A stretch of 64,000 nucleotides of DNA. Origin: an uncultured Gemmatimonadales bacterium (lineage in GTDB: Bacteria; Gemmatimonadota; Gemmatimonadetes; Gemmatimonadales; GWC2-71-9). Below, piece by piece: positions 51,832-61,844 of this stretch (within the stretch, counting starts at the first letter, position 1; every line of letters starts with the position of its first letter). The position numbers and the translations under genes are program-made. Under the pieces are notes generated by a model. The model had not been told where the DNA came from, searched no databases, and saw nothing but the letters and a program-made list of their open reading frames with translations. The stretch spans positions 864,001 to 928,000 of the forward strand of contig CAVUAK010000001.1 of assembly GCA_963739455.1 (NCBI GenBank), written 5' to 3'.

Positions 51832-52761
51832 ATGACCTGGCGCACCGTCTCCGGGGCGGTCCTGCCCGGCCTGATCGCAGCGTGTCATGCATCGCCGCCC
51901 GTGGCGGCGCCGGTAGAGACCGGCTTCGCCATGGTGGCACCAGGCATCATCTCGACCGAGCTGCCCGAGTTCGCGCTCACGATCTCGGGCGACGGAAAGG
52001 AGATGTACTTCACGCGCATCTCCGCTGACCGCTCGAAATGGCTGATCATGATGTCGCGCCGCAGCGCGGGGCAGTGGTCCACGCCCGTGGTCGCCTCGTT
52101 CTCCGGTAACTGGCGCGATCTCGACCCCTTCATCACGCCAGACGGCAAGCGCCTCTACTTCACTTCCAACCGGCCGCGCACCAGCTCGAACGTCACCTCC
52201 TTCAGTACATGGTATGTGGATCGTGCTGGTTCGGGCTGGGGCGAACCCATCGATCCGGGCCCGCCGCTCAACTCCGATTCGTCTGATGCTTTCGTGTCGG
52301 TGTCCCGCGCGGGTGACTTGTATTTCTCGTCTACGCGGCAGGGGGAGCAGGCGGTCTATGTGAGCCGGCTCAGTGGAGGGCACTGGGCCGTGCCGGTGCG
52401 AGTGCTCCTGTATCCGCCTGCAGACGGTGCCGGCAATCCGATGATCAGCCCCGACGGACGCGTGCTCCTCGTGACACAGCGCAACCGCGACGGCGACACC
52501 GACATCATGTATGGCTGCTTTCGCGAGGGCCGCGGGTCCGAACTGCCTGAACGCGACGGCAACTGGACCGACCTGCGTGCGCTACCCGCGCCGGTCAACT
52601 CGCCCAAACTCGACTTCGCGCCTGCCATCGATGCCGCCGGCACCACGCTCTACTTCACCTCCGAGCGCCCCGGCATCGTGCCCGCGCCACCCGACTCCGT
52701 CCGCCCTCCCGGCGACATCTACCGGATCCCGCTCAGGGATGCCGGCATCGACTGCAGCTAG
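51832..52761 (+). CDS. PD40/TolB-like beta-propeller lipoprotein
   Basis: LIAAC lipobox; repeats DPFITPDGKRLYFTSNR, LYFTSERP. Confidence 0.8.
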   Translation: MTWRTVSGAVLPGLIAACHASPPVAAPVETGFAMVAPGIISTELPEFALTISGDGKEMYFTRISADRSKWLIMMSRRSAGQWSTPVVASFSGNWRDLDPFITPDGKRLYFTSNRPRTSSNVTSFSTWYVDRAGSGWGEPIDPGPPLNSDSSDAFVSVSRAGDLYFSSTRQGEQAVYVSRLSGGHWAVPVRVLLYPPADGAGNPMISPDGRVLLVTQRNRDGDTDIMYGCFREGRGSELPERDGNWTDLRALPAPVNSPKLDFAPAIDAAGTTLYFTSERPGIVPAPPDSVRPPGDIYRIPLRDAGIDCS

Positions 52762-52768
52762 GTCACCG

Positions 52769-53869
52769 ATGGCCGGTCAGCGCTACAGCCTCAATCGCTT
52801 CCGCAAACAACCAGCGCACTCGCCACCGGATGTGCGCGTCCGCGATTTTCACCGAACCCTTCCCGGCTACGCCCCCACGCCACTCGTGCGCCGAACGGCA
52901 CTTGCGCAGGCACTCGGGCTCGGCGACCTGTACGTGAAGTACGAAGCGCCGCGATTCGGGCTTGGTGCGTTCAAGGGGCTTGGTGCATCCTGGGCGTTGC
53001 ATCGACTGGCACAGGTGCAGGGCAGCCCGGCTGCAGTGTCGGCGGCGAGCGAGGGCAATCACGGGCGCGCCGTTGCCTGGGCAGCGCGGCTGCAGGGCAT
53101 TCCCTGCACGATCTTCCTGCCGGCGCATGTCGCGGCCGAGCGGGTCGCGAACATCAGGGCCGAAGGCGCGACCGTCGTCCTCGTGGATGGGAGCTATGAG
53201 GATACCGTGAGACGCTGCGACACCGAGAGCCGGGAGCACGGGCGGCAGGTCATCTCCGACGTGGGCTACGACGGATACCTCGACATACCCGAGCTTGTGG
53301 TCGAGGGATACAGCACACTGTTCCAGGAGATGGACGAGCAGCTCGATGCTGTGTACTCGCCGCAACCGGACCTGGTGCTGATCCCCGGTGGTGTGGGCGG
53401 AATTCTTCACGCCGGAGTGGTGCACTACCGTGGCCGGCCGGGTGTGCGTGTTGTCGGCGTCGAGCCGGCATCAGCCGATTGCCTCACCACTTCGCTCGAG
53501 TCGATTGACGGACGGCCGACGGTGGCCACCGGCAATGGCGTCACGACGATGGCGTGCCTCAATTGCGCCGAAGTGAGCCGGTCGTCATGGCCGGCAATCA
53601 GGGCGGGCGTGGATGCGATGGTTGCGATCGACGATCAGGCAGCCGCACAGGGTGTACGCCTGCTCTACCGCGCCGCCCCCGACGATGCCGCGCTTGAAGC
53701 GGGCACCTCGGGAGCTGCGACTACTGGCGCACTCTCCGCATTGATGCGCGACCCCCAGTGGAACGGCCTGCGCGATCACCTGGGCGTCGGCCCGTCCTCG
53801 CGGGTACTCGTGCTCTGCACCGAGGGCGCGATCAACCGGGCCGAGTTCGAGCGCTGCATCTCCGGCTGA
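52769..53869 (+). CDS. diaminopropionate ammonia-lyase family PLP enzyme
   Basis: GYAPTPL, RFGLGAFKGLG, EGNHGRAVAW, MACLNC, LCTEG. Confidence 0.85.
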   Translation: MAGQRYSLNRFRKQPAHSPPDVRVRDFHRTLPGYAPTPLVRRTALAQALGLGDLYVKYEAPRFGLGAFKGLGASWALHRLAQVQGSPAAVSAASEGNHGRAVAWAARLQGIPCTIFLPAHVAAERVANIRAEGATVVLVDGSYEDTVRRCDTESREHGRQVISDVGYDGYLDIPELVVEGYSTLFQEMDEQLDAVYSPQPDLVLIPGGVGGILHAGVVHYRGRPGVRVVGVEPASADCLTTSLESIDGRPTVATGNGVTTMACLNCAEVSRSSWPAIRAGVDAMVAIDDQAAAQGVRLLYRAAPDDAALEAGTSGAATTGALSALMRDPQWNGLRDHLGVGPSSRVLVLCTEGAINRAEFERCISG

Positions 53870-53877
53870 CCTGTTGC

Positions 53878-55479
53878 TCAGGGCGAGCCGAGAGGAATGT
53901 CTGCCTTGCTCCACGCGGCGGCGATGCGCGGCTCGAGCGCCCCAGCCTCTGTCTTCGCACCACTCGCCGCCAGGCTCTTCGACAACCCGTACAGCGCCTC
54001 GCCACTCTCGGGATACTGCGCCAGTACCTCCTGATAGACTGCGGCCGCTTCCTTCGCCCGGTGGGCCTCGAGCAGTGCTGCGCCAAGCGCCAGGCGTGTC
54101 GGGTGATGCCAGAATGCCGGCTCCATGTAGGGCAGGCTGTCCTCCGCCGCGACCGCACGCTGGTACGCGGCGATTGCCTTGGCACCATTGCCAGCCTGCT
54201 GCGCGATGTTCCCTTCCAGCAACGCCGCCGAGATCTCCAACAGCAACTTCCGCACGCCGGCAGGCTCTGCCTTCGCGAGCGACTGCACCGTATCCAGCGT
54301 TGCCGCCGCCTCGGCGCCGCGGCCCCTCGCCGATAGCGCCGAGCCACGGGCGTAGAGCGCCATGCCGCGGGCCGCATGCAGCGTGTCAGGCGGCACCGTC
54401 AATGCCAGGATGTCGTCCCACCTGCCGTACTCCGCGAGGTACACGAACTGCGCCGGCACCACGTACTCCGCCTCCACAGCGAGCAGCGCCACCTCTAGTG
54501 GTGTGCGCTCCGCCGCCGCCGCCGCTGCAGTCATCGCCTCCTGGCTTCGCCCTGCAAACGCCGAGGCAAAGGCGAGGAAGTGGTAGTTGTGCGGGTAATA
54601 CAGGGCGAGGTAGACACTCGGTTGTCCGGGACGGTCGGCCATGAACGTCTGGTCGGCGTGGACGGCGTGCACGTTGGCGTCCACCGCCTCGTTGTAACGA
54701 CCCACCCTCGCATAGATGTGCGCGGGCATGTGCACCACATGCCCTGCGGCCGGCATCAGCGATGCGAGCCGCTCGGCGCACGGCACCGCCAGCGCCGGCT
54801 TCACCTTCTCGACCGCGTGGATGTAGTAGTGACACGCCCCGGGATTCATCGAATCGGCGGCGATCGCCTCTTCGAGAATCGGCACCAGCTGCTCCATTCC
54901 AGGATTGGGCTGACCCTGCGCATCCCAGTAGTTCCAGGGACTGAGGTCCATCAGCGACTCGGCGTAGAGCACCTGCGCGTCGACGTCCGCGGGGAACTGC
55001 TGCGCCACCTGCGCCATCGCGCGGGAGTAGGCGCTGTCGAGTGGTGCGCGGGCGGCCGGCGCAGGATCGGCGTAGCGCGCGGCAAGGGCGTCGACATACG
55101 CGCGCTCAAGAGCCGACACCTTTGGCGCAGCGGCGCGTGCCCTTGTGAGCGCCTCCCATGCCGGCGCCCCCGCGGCCGGGTCCATCGGCAGGTTGATGTT
55201 GGGCCCCAGCACCAGTGCCACGCCCCACCAGCACATGGCACAGTCGGGATCGAGCGCTGCCGCGGCCCGGAACGAGCGCTCTGCCTCGGGATGGTTGAAA
55301 CCGTATGCCAGGCGCAGGCCCTGGTCGAAGAGCTGCTGCGCCCCGGGCTTCGCAGTGACAGCGAAATGGTGGTTGCCCAGTCCCTCGATGATCGCCTCCG
55401 TAGCGACCGGGGCGTCGGCCTTGCGACTGCAGCCGGCGAGTCCCAGGAGCACGAGCGCTGAATATCGGGTGAATCGCAT
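53878..55479 (-). CDS. His-rich TPR lipoprotein
   Basis: LAGC lipobox, FDQGLRLAYGFNHPEA, HYYIHAVE, AGHVVHMPAHIY, YYPHNYHF. Confidence 0.8.
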   Translation of the reverse strand: MRFTRYSALVLLGLAGCSRKADAPVATEAIIEGLGNHHFAVTAKPGAQQLFDQGLRLAYGFNHPEAERSFRAAAALDPDCAMCWWGVALVLGPNINLPMDPAAGAPAWEALTRARAAAPKVSALERAYVDALAARYADPAPAARAPLDSAYSRAMAQVAQQFPADVDAQVLYAESLMDLSPWNYWDAQGQPNPGMEQLVPILEEAIAADSMNPGACHYYIHAVEKVKPALAVPCAERLASLMPAAGHVVHMPAHIYARVGRYNEAVDANVHAVHADQTFMADRPGQPSVYLALYYPHNYHFLAFASAFAGRSQEAMTAAAAAAERTPLEVALLAVEAEYVVPAQFVYLAEYGRWDDILALTVPPDTLHAARGMALYARGSALSARGRGAEAAATLDTVQSLAKAEPAGVRKLLLEISAALLEGNIAQQAGNGAKAIAAYQRAVAAEDSLPYMEPAFWHHPTRLALGAALLEAHRAKEAAAVYQEVLAQYPESGEALYGLSKSLAASGAKTEAGALEPRIAAAWSKADIPLGSP

Positions 55480-55483
55480 GACT

Positions 55484-56371
55484 CTATGCCTCCCACTCGT
55501 CGATGTTGCGGGGCCAGTCGTCCTTGAGCAGTCGCGACAGGCTCCGGTCTGCCAGCACGCGGCCACCGGTCTGGCAGCGCGCGCAGTAGTTGGTCTCGTT
55601 CTCCGCGTAGCGAATGCGCTGCACCGGCGCACCACATACCGGGCACGGCTTCCGGAAGCGTCCATGCACCGCCATCTCATCGTGAAAGGCGGTCACCTTC
55701 TCGGGAAAGTTGGTGCGAGCCTCGGCCCGGAGCCGGTCGGTCCATTCCATGAGCGTGCTGCGCGTCGCCTCAAAGAGTGTTGCTACCTGCTCGTCGTCGA
55801 TGCGCGAGCTGAGCATCAGCGGCGATAACTTCGCGCGATGCAGGATCTCGTCGGAGTAGGCGTTGCCGATGCCACTCATGAGATGGGGATCGGTGAGCGA
55901 GCGCTTGAGGGTGTGGTTCTCGCTCCGAAGCCGCTGGCTGAACTCCGTGAGGCTTGCATTGAGCACCTCGAGGCCTCCTCGTTCAAAGGCGGCGAGAGCC
56001 GCCTCTCCCCGCACCACGTGAATGGAAGCCCGGCGCTTTGAGCCTGCTTCGGTGAGATAGAGCGTACCATCGGGAAAGCCGAACTCGGCGAGCACCATCT
56101 TGCCCTTGAGGGTCTTGCCCGGCGCGCGCCAGCGCAATCGCCCCGCGATCATGAGATGGATCACGACGAAAAACTCCCCCTCCAGGCCGAGCACGATCCG
56201 CTTGCCCAGGCGGCGGATACCAGTGACGGTGCACCCCTCCACCTCGGAGATCGGCGGGTCCACCGTCCGCAGCACGAATGGGCTGGGCAGGCGCACTCCC
56301 ACCAGCGGCTGCCCCAGTAGCAGCGGCGTGAGGCGCTCGATATACACGACGACATCCGGCAGTTCCGGCAC
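55484..56371 (-). CDS. Fpg/Nei family DNA glycosylase
   Basis: MPELPDV, RLGKR, HLMIAG, GIGNAYSDEIL, CPVC...YCARCQ zinc finger. Confidence 0.92.
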   Translation of the reverse strand: MPELPDVVVYIERLTPLLLGQPLVGVRLPSPFVLRTVDPPISEVEGCTVTGIRRLGKRIVLGLEGEFFVVIHLMIAGRLRWRAPGKTLKGKMVLAEFGFPDGTLYLTEAGSKRRASIHVVRGEAALAAFERGGLEVLNASLTEFSQRLRSENHTLKRSLTDPHLMSGIGNAYSDEILHRAKLSPLMLSSRIDDEQVATLFEATRSTLMEWTDRLRAEARTNFPEKVTAFHDEMAVHGRFRKPCPVCGAPVQRIRYAENETNYCARCQTGGRVLADRSLSRLLKDDWPRNIDEWEA

Positions 56372-56415
56372 GCTGCCCCCGCGAAAGTCTCCCCGAGTCT
56401 AACTTCCCCGCCGTC

Positions 56416-56898
56416 ATGAGATCGACTGCTGCTTCCCGCACGATCGCGCTGCTCGAGGGCGCCAAGGGCCTCCTGGTCCTGCTGGCCGGCGTTGGCCTGC
56501 TGGGGCTGATCCATCACGATGTGCAGGCGGTGGCCGAGGCGCTGGTGCGCGAGGCACACCTCAACCCTGCCAGTCACATCCCCCGGATCTTCATCGAGGC
56601 GAGCGGCCGGCTCGATGACCGTCATCTCGTGCTGCTCGCCCTCGGCGCCCTGGTCTATGCGATCGTCCGGCTCGCCGAAGCCTATGGGCTCTGGCACGAG
56701 CAGGCATGGGCCCAGTGGTTCGGCGCATTGAGTGGCGGGCTATACCTGCCGTTCGAGGTCAGGCTGCTGCTGCACCGCTTCACCATGCTGCGCCTGCTGG
56801 TCTTCGTGTGCAACCTCATCATCGTGGGCTACCTGGTACGACGGATCCAGCTCCGCCGTCGTGAGCTTCACGCACGACTCACGACTCACGACTTGTGA
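56416..56898 (+). CDS. DUF2127 family membrane protein
   Basis: IALLEGAKG, EAYGLW...WAQW, YLPFEV. Confidence 0.8.
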   Translation: MRSTAASRTIALLEGAKGLLVLLAGVGLLGLIHHDVQAVAEALVREAHLNPASHIPRIFIEASGRLDDRHLVLLALGALVYAIVRLAEAYGLWHEQAWAQWFGALSGGLYLPFEVRLLLHRFTMLRLLVFVCNLIIVGYLVRRIQLRRRELHARLTTHDL

Positions 56899-56908
56899 CC
56901 TCCGACTG
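56872..56908. repeat. heptamer array, family A, spanning a GTGA stop/start overlap
   Basis: GCACGAC TCACGAC TCACGAC TTGTGAC CTCCGAC. Confidence 0.75.
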
Positions 56909-57989
56909 CTACGCCATCTGCGCCCCCGGCATCGAGGCCATCACCGCATTTGAGCTTCAGTCGCTGGGCGCCACGATCGATGCCACCGAGCCTGGCGGCG
57001 TGTCATTCCAGGCCGATGCCTCGCTGCTCTACCGCGCCAATCTCGAGCTGCGGACGGCAAGCCGGGTGTTGAAGCGCGTGGCCCACTTCGATGCGCGCAC
57101 CTGGTTCGAGCTCGAGCGTCACGCCAAGAAGATCCCCTGGAGCTCACTGCTCGGCGCAGGCATGGTCCCCGAGTTCGAGGTCACCAGCCGCAAGTCGAAG
57201 CTCTACCACAACCGCGGCATTGCGGAGCGGCTCACGCGGGTGGTGGGCGCCGAAGCCAGCGCCGCCGATGTGGATCCGTCCCAGGTCGCGCGATTCCAGG
57301 TGCGCGCGGTACGCGATCACTTTACCATCTCGGCCGATGCATCGGGAGAGCATCTGCATCGCCGTGGCTACCGTCTCGAGACCGCGAAGGCCCCGCTCCG
57401 CGAGACACTAGCCGCCGCCATGCTGCTCGGCTGCAAATGGAACGGTACCGGCGCGCTGTTAGATCCCTTCTGCGGGTCGGGCACCATACCCATCGAGGCA
57501 GCACTCCTGGCGCGGCGGATTCCTCCTGGACTCAACCGGAACTTCGCCTTTGAGTCCTGGCCCGATTTCGACGCGAAGTTGTGGGCGAAGATTCGCGCCG
57601 ATGCCGAATTGCGGATCGCGGCGACGGGCCCCGTCATCGTGGGGAGCGACCGCGACGCTGGTGCCATCGAGGCGGCACAGGCGAACGCTACACGGGCTGG
57701 CGTCAATGCGGCCATCGAGTTCCGCAACGTGCCGCTGTCCGCCATGCGCCCGATGCCCGGGCCCGGCCTCCTGCTGACAAATCCTCCCTATGGAGCTCGT
57801 ATCGGCGAGGAGAAGGCACTGCGCAATCTCTATGCGCAGCTGGGCAACGTCGCCCGGACACTCCTTCCGGGATGGCAGCTGGCCCTGCTGGGTGCCAACC
57901 CGCGCCTCGAGGGGCAGGTGGGAATGCCGCTGCAGGAAGTCTGGCGGACCAACAATGGCGGGATCCCGGTCCATCTGGTTTCGACCTGA
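56895..57989 (+). CDS. THUMP-domain class I SAM RNA methyltransferase (RlmL-like)
   Basis: NLELRTASRV, LHRRGYR, APLRETLAAA, DPFCGSGT, TNPPYG. Confidence 0.9.
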   Translation: MTSDCYAICAPGIEAITAFELQSLGATIDATEPGGVSFQADASLLYRANLELRTASRVLKRVAHFDARTWFELERHAKKIPWSSLLGAGMVPEFEVTSRKSKLYHNRGIAERLTRVVGAEASAADVDPSQVARFQVRAVRDHFTISADASGEHLHRRGYRLETAKAPLRETLAAAMLLGCKWNGTGALLDPFCGSGTIPIEAALLARRIPPGLNRNFAFESWPDFDAKLWAKIRADAELRIAATGPVIVGSDRDAGAIEAAQANATRAGVNAAIEFRNVPLSAMRPMPGPGLLLTNPPYGARIGEEKALRNLYAQLGNVARTLLPGWQLALLGANPRLEGQVGMPLQEVWRTNNGGIPVHLVST

Positions 57990-58047
57990 CGCGCTTGGTT
58001 GTTCGAACCCGAAGCCAGTAAGTTTGCGGCCCAACTGGAGGGTACCG

Positions 58048-58701
58048 ATGTCCGAGACAACTGCTCCTGAAGGCCTGGCTGGCCGCCTTCGCGAGGCCAC
58101 TGGCGCCGCGCACACTGCCGCTGAGCGCACCGCATTCGTCAAGCACCTGTTCAAGGGTACGCTGCCGCGCGAGGGCTACGTCGGCCTGATCCGCGCGCTG
58201 CATCCCGTCTACGTGGCGCTCGAGGCGGCGATGGGTGCGCACAAGGACGACGCGGTGGTAGGCATGGTCTACGACCCCGCCCTCAACCGCGCCGAGTCGC
58301 TGGAGCAGGATCTCGAGTTCTTCGCCGGCAAGGACTGGCGGGCGATCCCGGTGGTGAAGGCGGCGTCCGATTACGCCGAGCATCTCACTGCGCTGGGCAA
58401 GTCGATGCCGCGCGGCCTCGTGGCGCACGCCTACGTGCGCTACCTCGGCGATCTCTCCGGTGGCCAGATGATGGGCCGCAGTGTCGCCAAGACCTACGAG
58501 GCCGGCGAAGCAGGCACGAACTTCTACAACTTCAAGGACGTCTCCGACGTGAACGGCCGGAAGAACACCTACCGCGCCGCCCTCACCGCGCTGCCGCTCA
58601 CCCCGAAGGAGCAGGACGAGGTGGTGCAGGAAGCCATCGCGGGGTTTGACTACGCGAAGCGGATGTTCGAGGATCTGGATAAGGCCTACCCAACGGCGTG
58701 A
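58048..58701 (+). CDS. biliverdin-producing heme oxygenase
   Basis: LREATGAAH, LEQDLEFF, VAHAYVRYLGDLSGGQ. Confidence 0.92.
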   Translation: MSETTAPEGLAGRLREATGAAHTAAERTAFVKHLFKGTLPREGYVGLIRALHPVYVALEAAMGAHKDDAVVGMVYDPALNRAESLEQDLEFFAGKDWRAIPVVKAASDYAEHLTALGKSMPRGLVAHAYVRYLGDLSGGQMMGRSVAKTYEAGEAGTNFYNFKDVSDVNGRKNTYRAALTALPLTPKEQDEVVQEAIAGFDYAKRMFEDLDKAYPTA

Positions 58702-58805
58702 GGGCAACTGCGTAAGGAGGAACGGCGACTGCGTGAGGAGGAACTGAAACTGCGGTAACCGCTTTTTCTGTTCCTCCGTACGCTTTTGCGGTTCCTCCTC
58801 ACGCC
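58696..58805. repeat. 21-bp-period tandem-inverted repeat
   Basis: ACTGCGTAAGGAGGAACGGCG ACTGCGTGAGGAGGAACTGAA ACTGCG; perfect 14-bp IR at 58731-44 / 58791-804. Confidence 0.8.
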
Positions 58806-58814
58806 TTTCACACC

Positions 58815-60202
58815 ATGCCTTCCCTTTTCGACGAAGTTCGCGCCGCCCTCCGCGGCACCGACACCGACTACACCGAGGGCCCGCTCCGCCGCGCGATCAT
58901 CCTGCTCGCGGTGCCGATGGTGCTCGAGATGGTCATGGAGTCGCTCTTCGCGGTCGTGAACATTTTCTGGATCGCGAAACTCGGCGCCGATTCGGTGGCA
59001 AGTGTCGGGCTCACGGAGTCGGTGCTGTCGCTCATCTACGCACTGGCGATGGGACTGAGCATCGGCGTCACGGCGATGGTATCGCGGCGGATCGGGGAGA
59101 AGAACCAGGACGCTGCCGCGCGGGTGACGGTGCAGGCGATCCTCCTCGGACTCGCAGTAGCCACCGTTCTCGGGACATCCGGCTTCCTCTTCGCACCGCA
59201 CCTGCTCGGCCTGATGGGTGCAACCCCTGAGGTCATCCGGGCGGGAACAGGCTACGCCCGCATCATCCTGGGCGGTGAGGCGACCGTCATCCTCCTCTTC
59301 CTCATCAACGCGGCGTTCCGCGGTGCCGGCGACGCTACCATCGCGATGCGCGTGCTCTGGACGGCGAACGCGATCAACCTCCTGCTCGATCCCTTCCTCA
59401 TCTTCGGCTGGGGGCCGTTCCCCAGGCTCGGCGTCACCGGCGCGGCGGTGGCCACCACCATCGCGCGCGGGTCGGGTGTGCTCATCCAGCTTGCGGTGCT
59501 GTCCAGCGGCACTGGCCGCCTGGGTGTGGCGCGGAAGCATGTCGTTGCCGACTTCAAGCTGATGTGGTCGCTCATCCAGCTCTCGGCGGTGGGCACCTTC
59601 CAGATGATCGTCGGCATGGTGAGCTGGATCGGGCTGGTGCGGATCCTGTCCACATTCGGCAGCGCGGCGCTCGCCGGCTATACCATCGCGATCCGGGTCG
59701 TCATCTTCGCGCTGCTCCCGTCGTGGGGACTGAGCAATGCGGCGGCGACGATGGTGGGCCAGGGGCTGGGGGCGAAGAAGCCGGACCGCGCGGAGAAGGC
59801 GGTGTGGACTGCGGCCAACTACAACGCGGTGTTCCTGACCGTCGGTGGGCGTCATCTTCTTCGTCGGGGCGAACTTGCTGGTTGGGATTGTTCACGCACG
59901 ACGCCGACGTGGCGCTCTATGCGGTATCATGCCTCCGCATCGTGAGCCTCGGCTTTCCGCTCTACGCCTACGGCATGGTGCTGACGCAGTCGTTCAACGG
60001 CGCGGGCGACACCTGGACGCCGACCTGGCTCAACCTGCTCTGCTTCTGGCTCTGGGAAATTCCGCTGGCGTGGGCGCTCGCGCATGCATTGGGGTTCGGG
60101 CCACGGGGCGTGTTCATTTCCATTACCGTGGCCTTCTGTACCCTCGCAGTGGCGAGCGCCGCACTCTTCCGCCGCGGCCGCTGGAAACTCCGCGTCGTCT
60201 AG
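58815..60202 (+). CDS. MATE family efflux transporter; two apparent +1 frameshifts near 59845 and 59888
   Basis: LAVPMVLEM, FRGAGDA, LGVTGAAVAT, ATMVGQGLGA, SFNGAGDT, FRRGRWK. Confidence 0.9.
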
Positions 60203-61074
60203 TTGCTGCTGGTCGCCGTGCCGGTACTCCGCAGGTAGGTCCAGAGCGCCTCGATTTCCCCATCAGTCATTGCAGCCGTGTACTTCCAGGGCATCCGGTC
60301 GTTGATCTGGCTTCCGTCGGGACGCTTCCCCGTGCGGAGCAGTGTCGTGAAGTCGGCGAGCGTCCAGTTGATCATGCCGCTGGTGCTGATGTTCGCCGCC
60401 GGGATCATGTCGGGCGGCTCGCCGGGGAGCAGTCCGCCGGTGAGCTTCGGGCCGTGACAGCCGTAGCAGCCGGTGGTGCGCGCGAGATACTCGCCCTCAC
60501 CCATCGGTGGGCGGATGCCGACGCTGTCGTGCGCCACGTTCGCCGCCTCGAAGATCGGCAGCTTTCCCGCAACGTAGAGGCCGCGCGCGATCGGGCCGAA
60601 CTGCCGTGCCGGGAGCGTGCGATCAACCTTCGGCAGTGTCTTGAGGTAGGCGATCAGCGCTGCCGCATCTTCGTCGGTGAGGTACTGGTACGACGAGCTG
60701 GGCATGATGACGAGCGAATGCTGGTCCGGGCCCACGCCGTTGCGGATCGCCTGATCCCATTGGGCCGGCGACCAGTTGGCCACGAGGCTTCCGGTGCCTC
60801 CGGTGAGGTTCGGCGTGGCAAGGTAGGCGAACGGCATGCCGTCGATGAAAACCTTGCCGCCGAAGTCGTCACCGTGGCAGTCACCGCACTTGCCGAGCGT
60901 GGTCGCCAGGCGCTTGCCGCGCTCGAGGGATGCGCTGTCGGTGGGCGGCGTCAGGTTCCGGCTTGCGATGTCGTACCGATGATTGAAGCGAAACGTGGTG
61001 TAGCCGTACAGCGCCACGACGGCACCTGCGATCACCATCAGCAATCCGAGAAACCAGCGTCCGAGTCGGCGCAT
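60199..61074 (-). CDS. membrane-anchored diheme c-type cytochrome
   Basis: N-terminal TM, CGDCH, CYGCH, MPW. Confidence 0.9.
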   Translation of the reverse strand: MRRLGRWFLGLLMVIAGAVVALYGYTTFRFNHRYDIASRNLTPPTDSASLERGKRLATTLGKCGDCHGDDFGGKVFIDGMPFAYLATPNLTGGTGSLVANWSPAQWDQAIRNGVGPDQHSLVIMPSSSYQYLTDEDAAALIAYLKTLPKVDRTLPARQFGPIARGLYVAGKLPIFEAANVAHDSVGIRPPMGEGEYLARTTGCYGCHGPKLTGGLLPGEPPDMIPAANISTSGMINWTLADFTTLLRTGKRPDGSQINDRMPWKYTAAMTDGEIEALWTYLRSTGTATSSN

Positions 61075-61075
61075 G

Positions 61076-61705
61076 CTATTTCGCCCCCGTCACGTCCAGA
61101 CTGGACACGTGAAGGTTCAGGTTGTGGTTGACGCGGAGGCCCACGATGCCGTCGGTCGCGATGGCCGTTCGCGGCTGGGTGCCGACGCGGGTGCCGTTGA
61201 TCAGGAAGTCCACCGACGCGGGGCTGGCCACAATCGTGAGCGTGTTCGCGACGCTCTCCGCCTTGCCGTCGAAGAGCTTGATCGCCGGGCTCGCGGTCCA
61301 CGGGATCACGTCCTTCGTCTCCTTGCCAACGCGCTGCTTCACCAGGTACTGGCCGTCGTTGCGGATCAGGAAGTAGGTATAGCCCTCGCTGGCTGCGTCC
61401 AGGTTGCTGCCGCCGATGAACAGGCCGTAGGCCTCCGCATGCCCGCTCCCCGGCTTGAAGAGGTTGAACTTCGACTCAGCCTTGAAGGCACCCTTCGCGG
61501 TGGTGGCGGGGTTGAACAGGATGACCGACGGACCGGTGGTGACGTGCCAGCCTGGCGCCATTGCGGAGAAGACGAGCTTGGTGCTGTCGGGGCCGGGATC
61601 GTCCAGGCGCACTTTCCAGCCGTCCGGGCGCTTCGGGGCCTGCGCTGAGAGGGGCAGGGCGAGGACGGTGAGCAGCAGCAGGGCGAGACGGATGGACCGG
61701 GGCAT
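61076..61705 (-). CDS. secreted hypothetical protein (beta-sandwich-like)
   Basis: Signal peptide LSA-Q; GWHVTTGP, DGIVGLRVNH. Confidence 0.7.
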   Translation of the reverse strand: MPRSIRLALLLLTVLALPLSAQAPKRPDGWKVRLDDPGPDSTKLVFSAMAPGWHVTTGPSVILFNPATTAKGAFKAESKFNLFKPGSGHAEAYGLFIGGSNLDAASEGYTYFLIRNDGQYLVKQRVGKETKDVIPWTASPAIKLFDGKAESVANTLTIVASPASVDFLINGTRVGTQPRTAIATDGIVGLRVNHNLNLHVSSLDVTGAK

Positions 61706-61844
61706 GGGAAGTGGCCTTGAAAACGGGATTGTGACGCTGGGGTGGTTGCACATTTCCATACGGGAGTAATACTGAAGAAGTTCTTGTTGCGATAGGATCC
61801 CGCAGGACAGGCCTCAACAGCAACGCAGCACGCAGGAGGATGGC

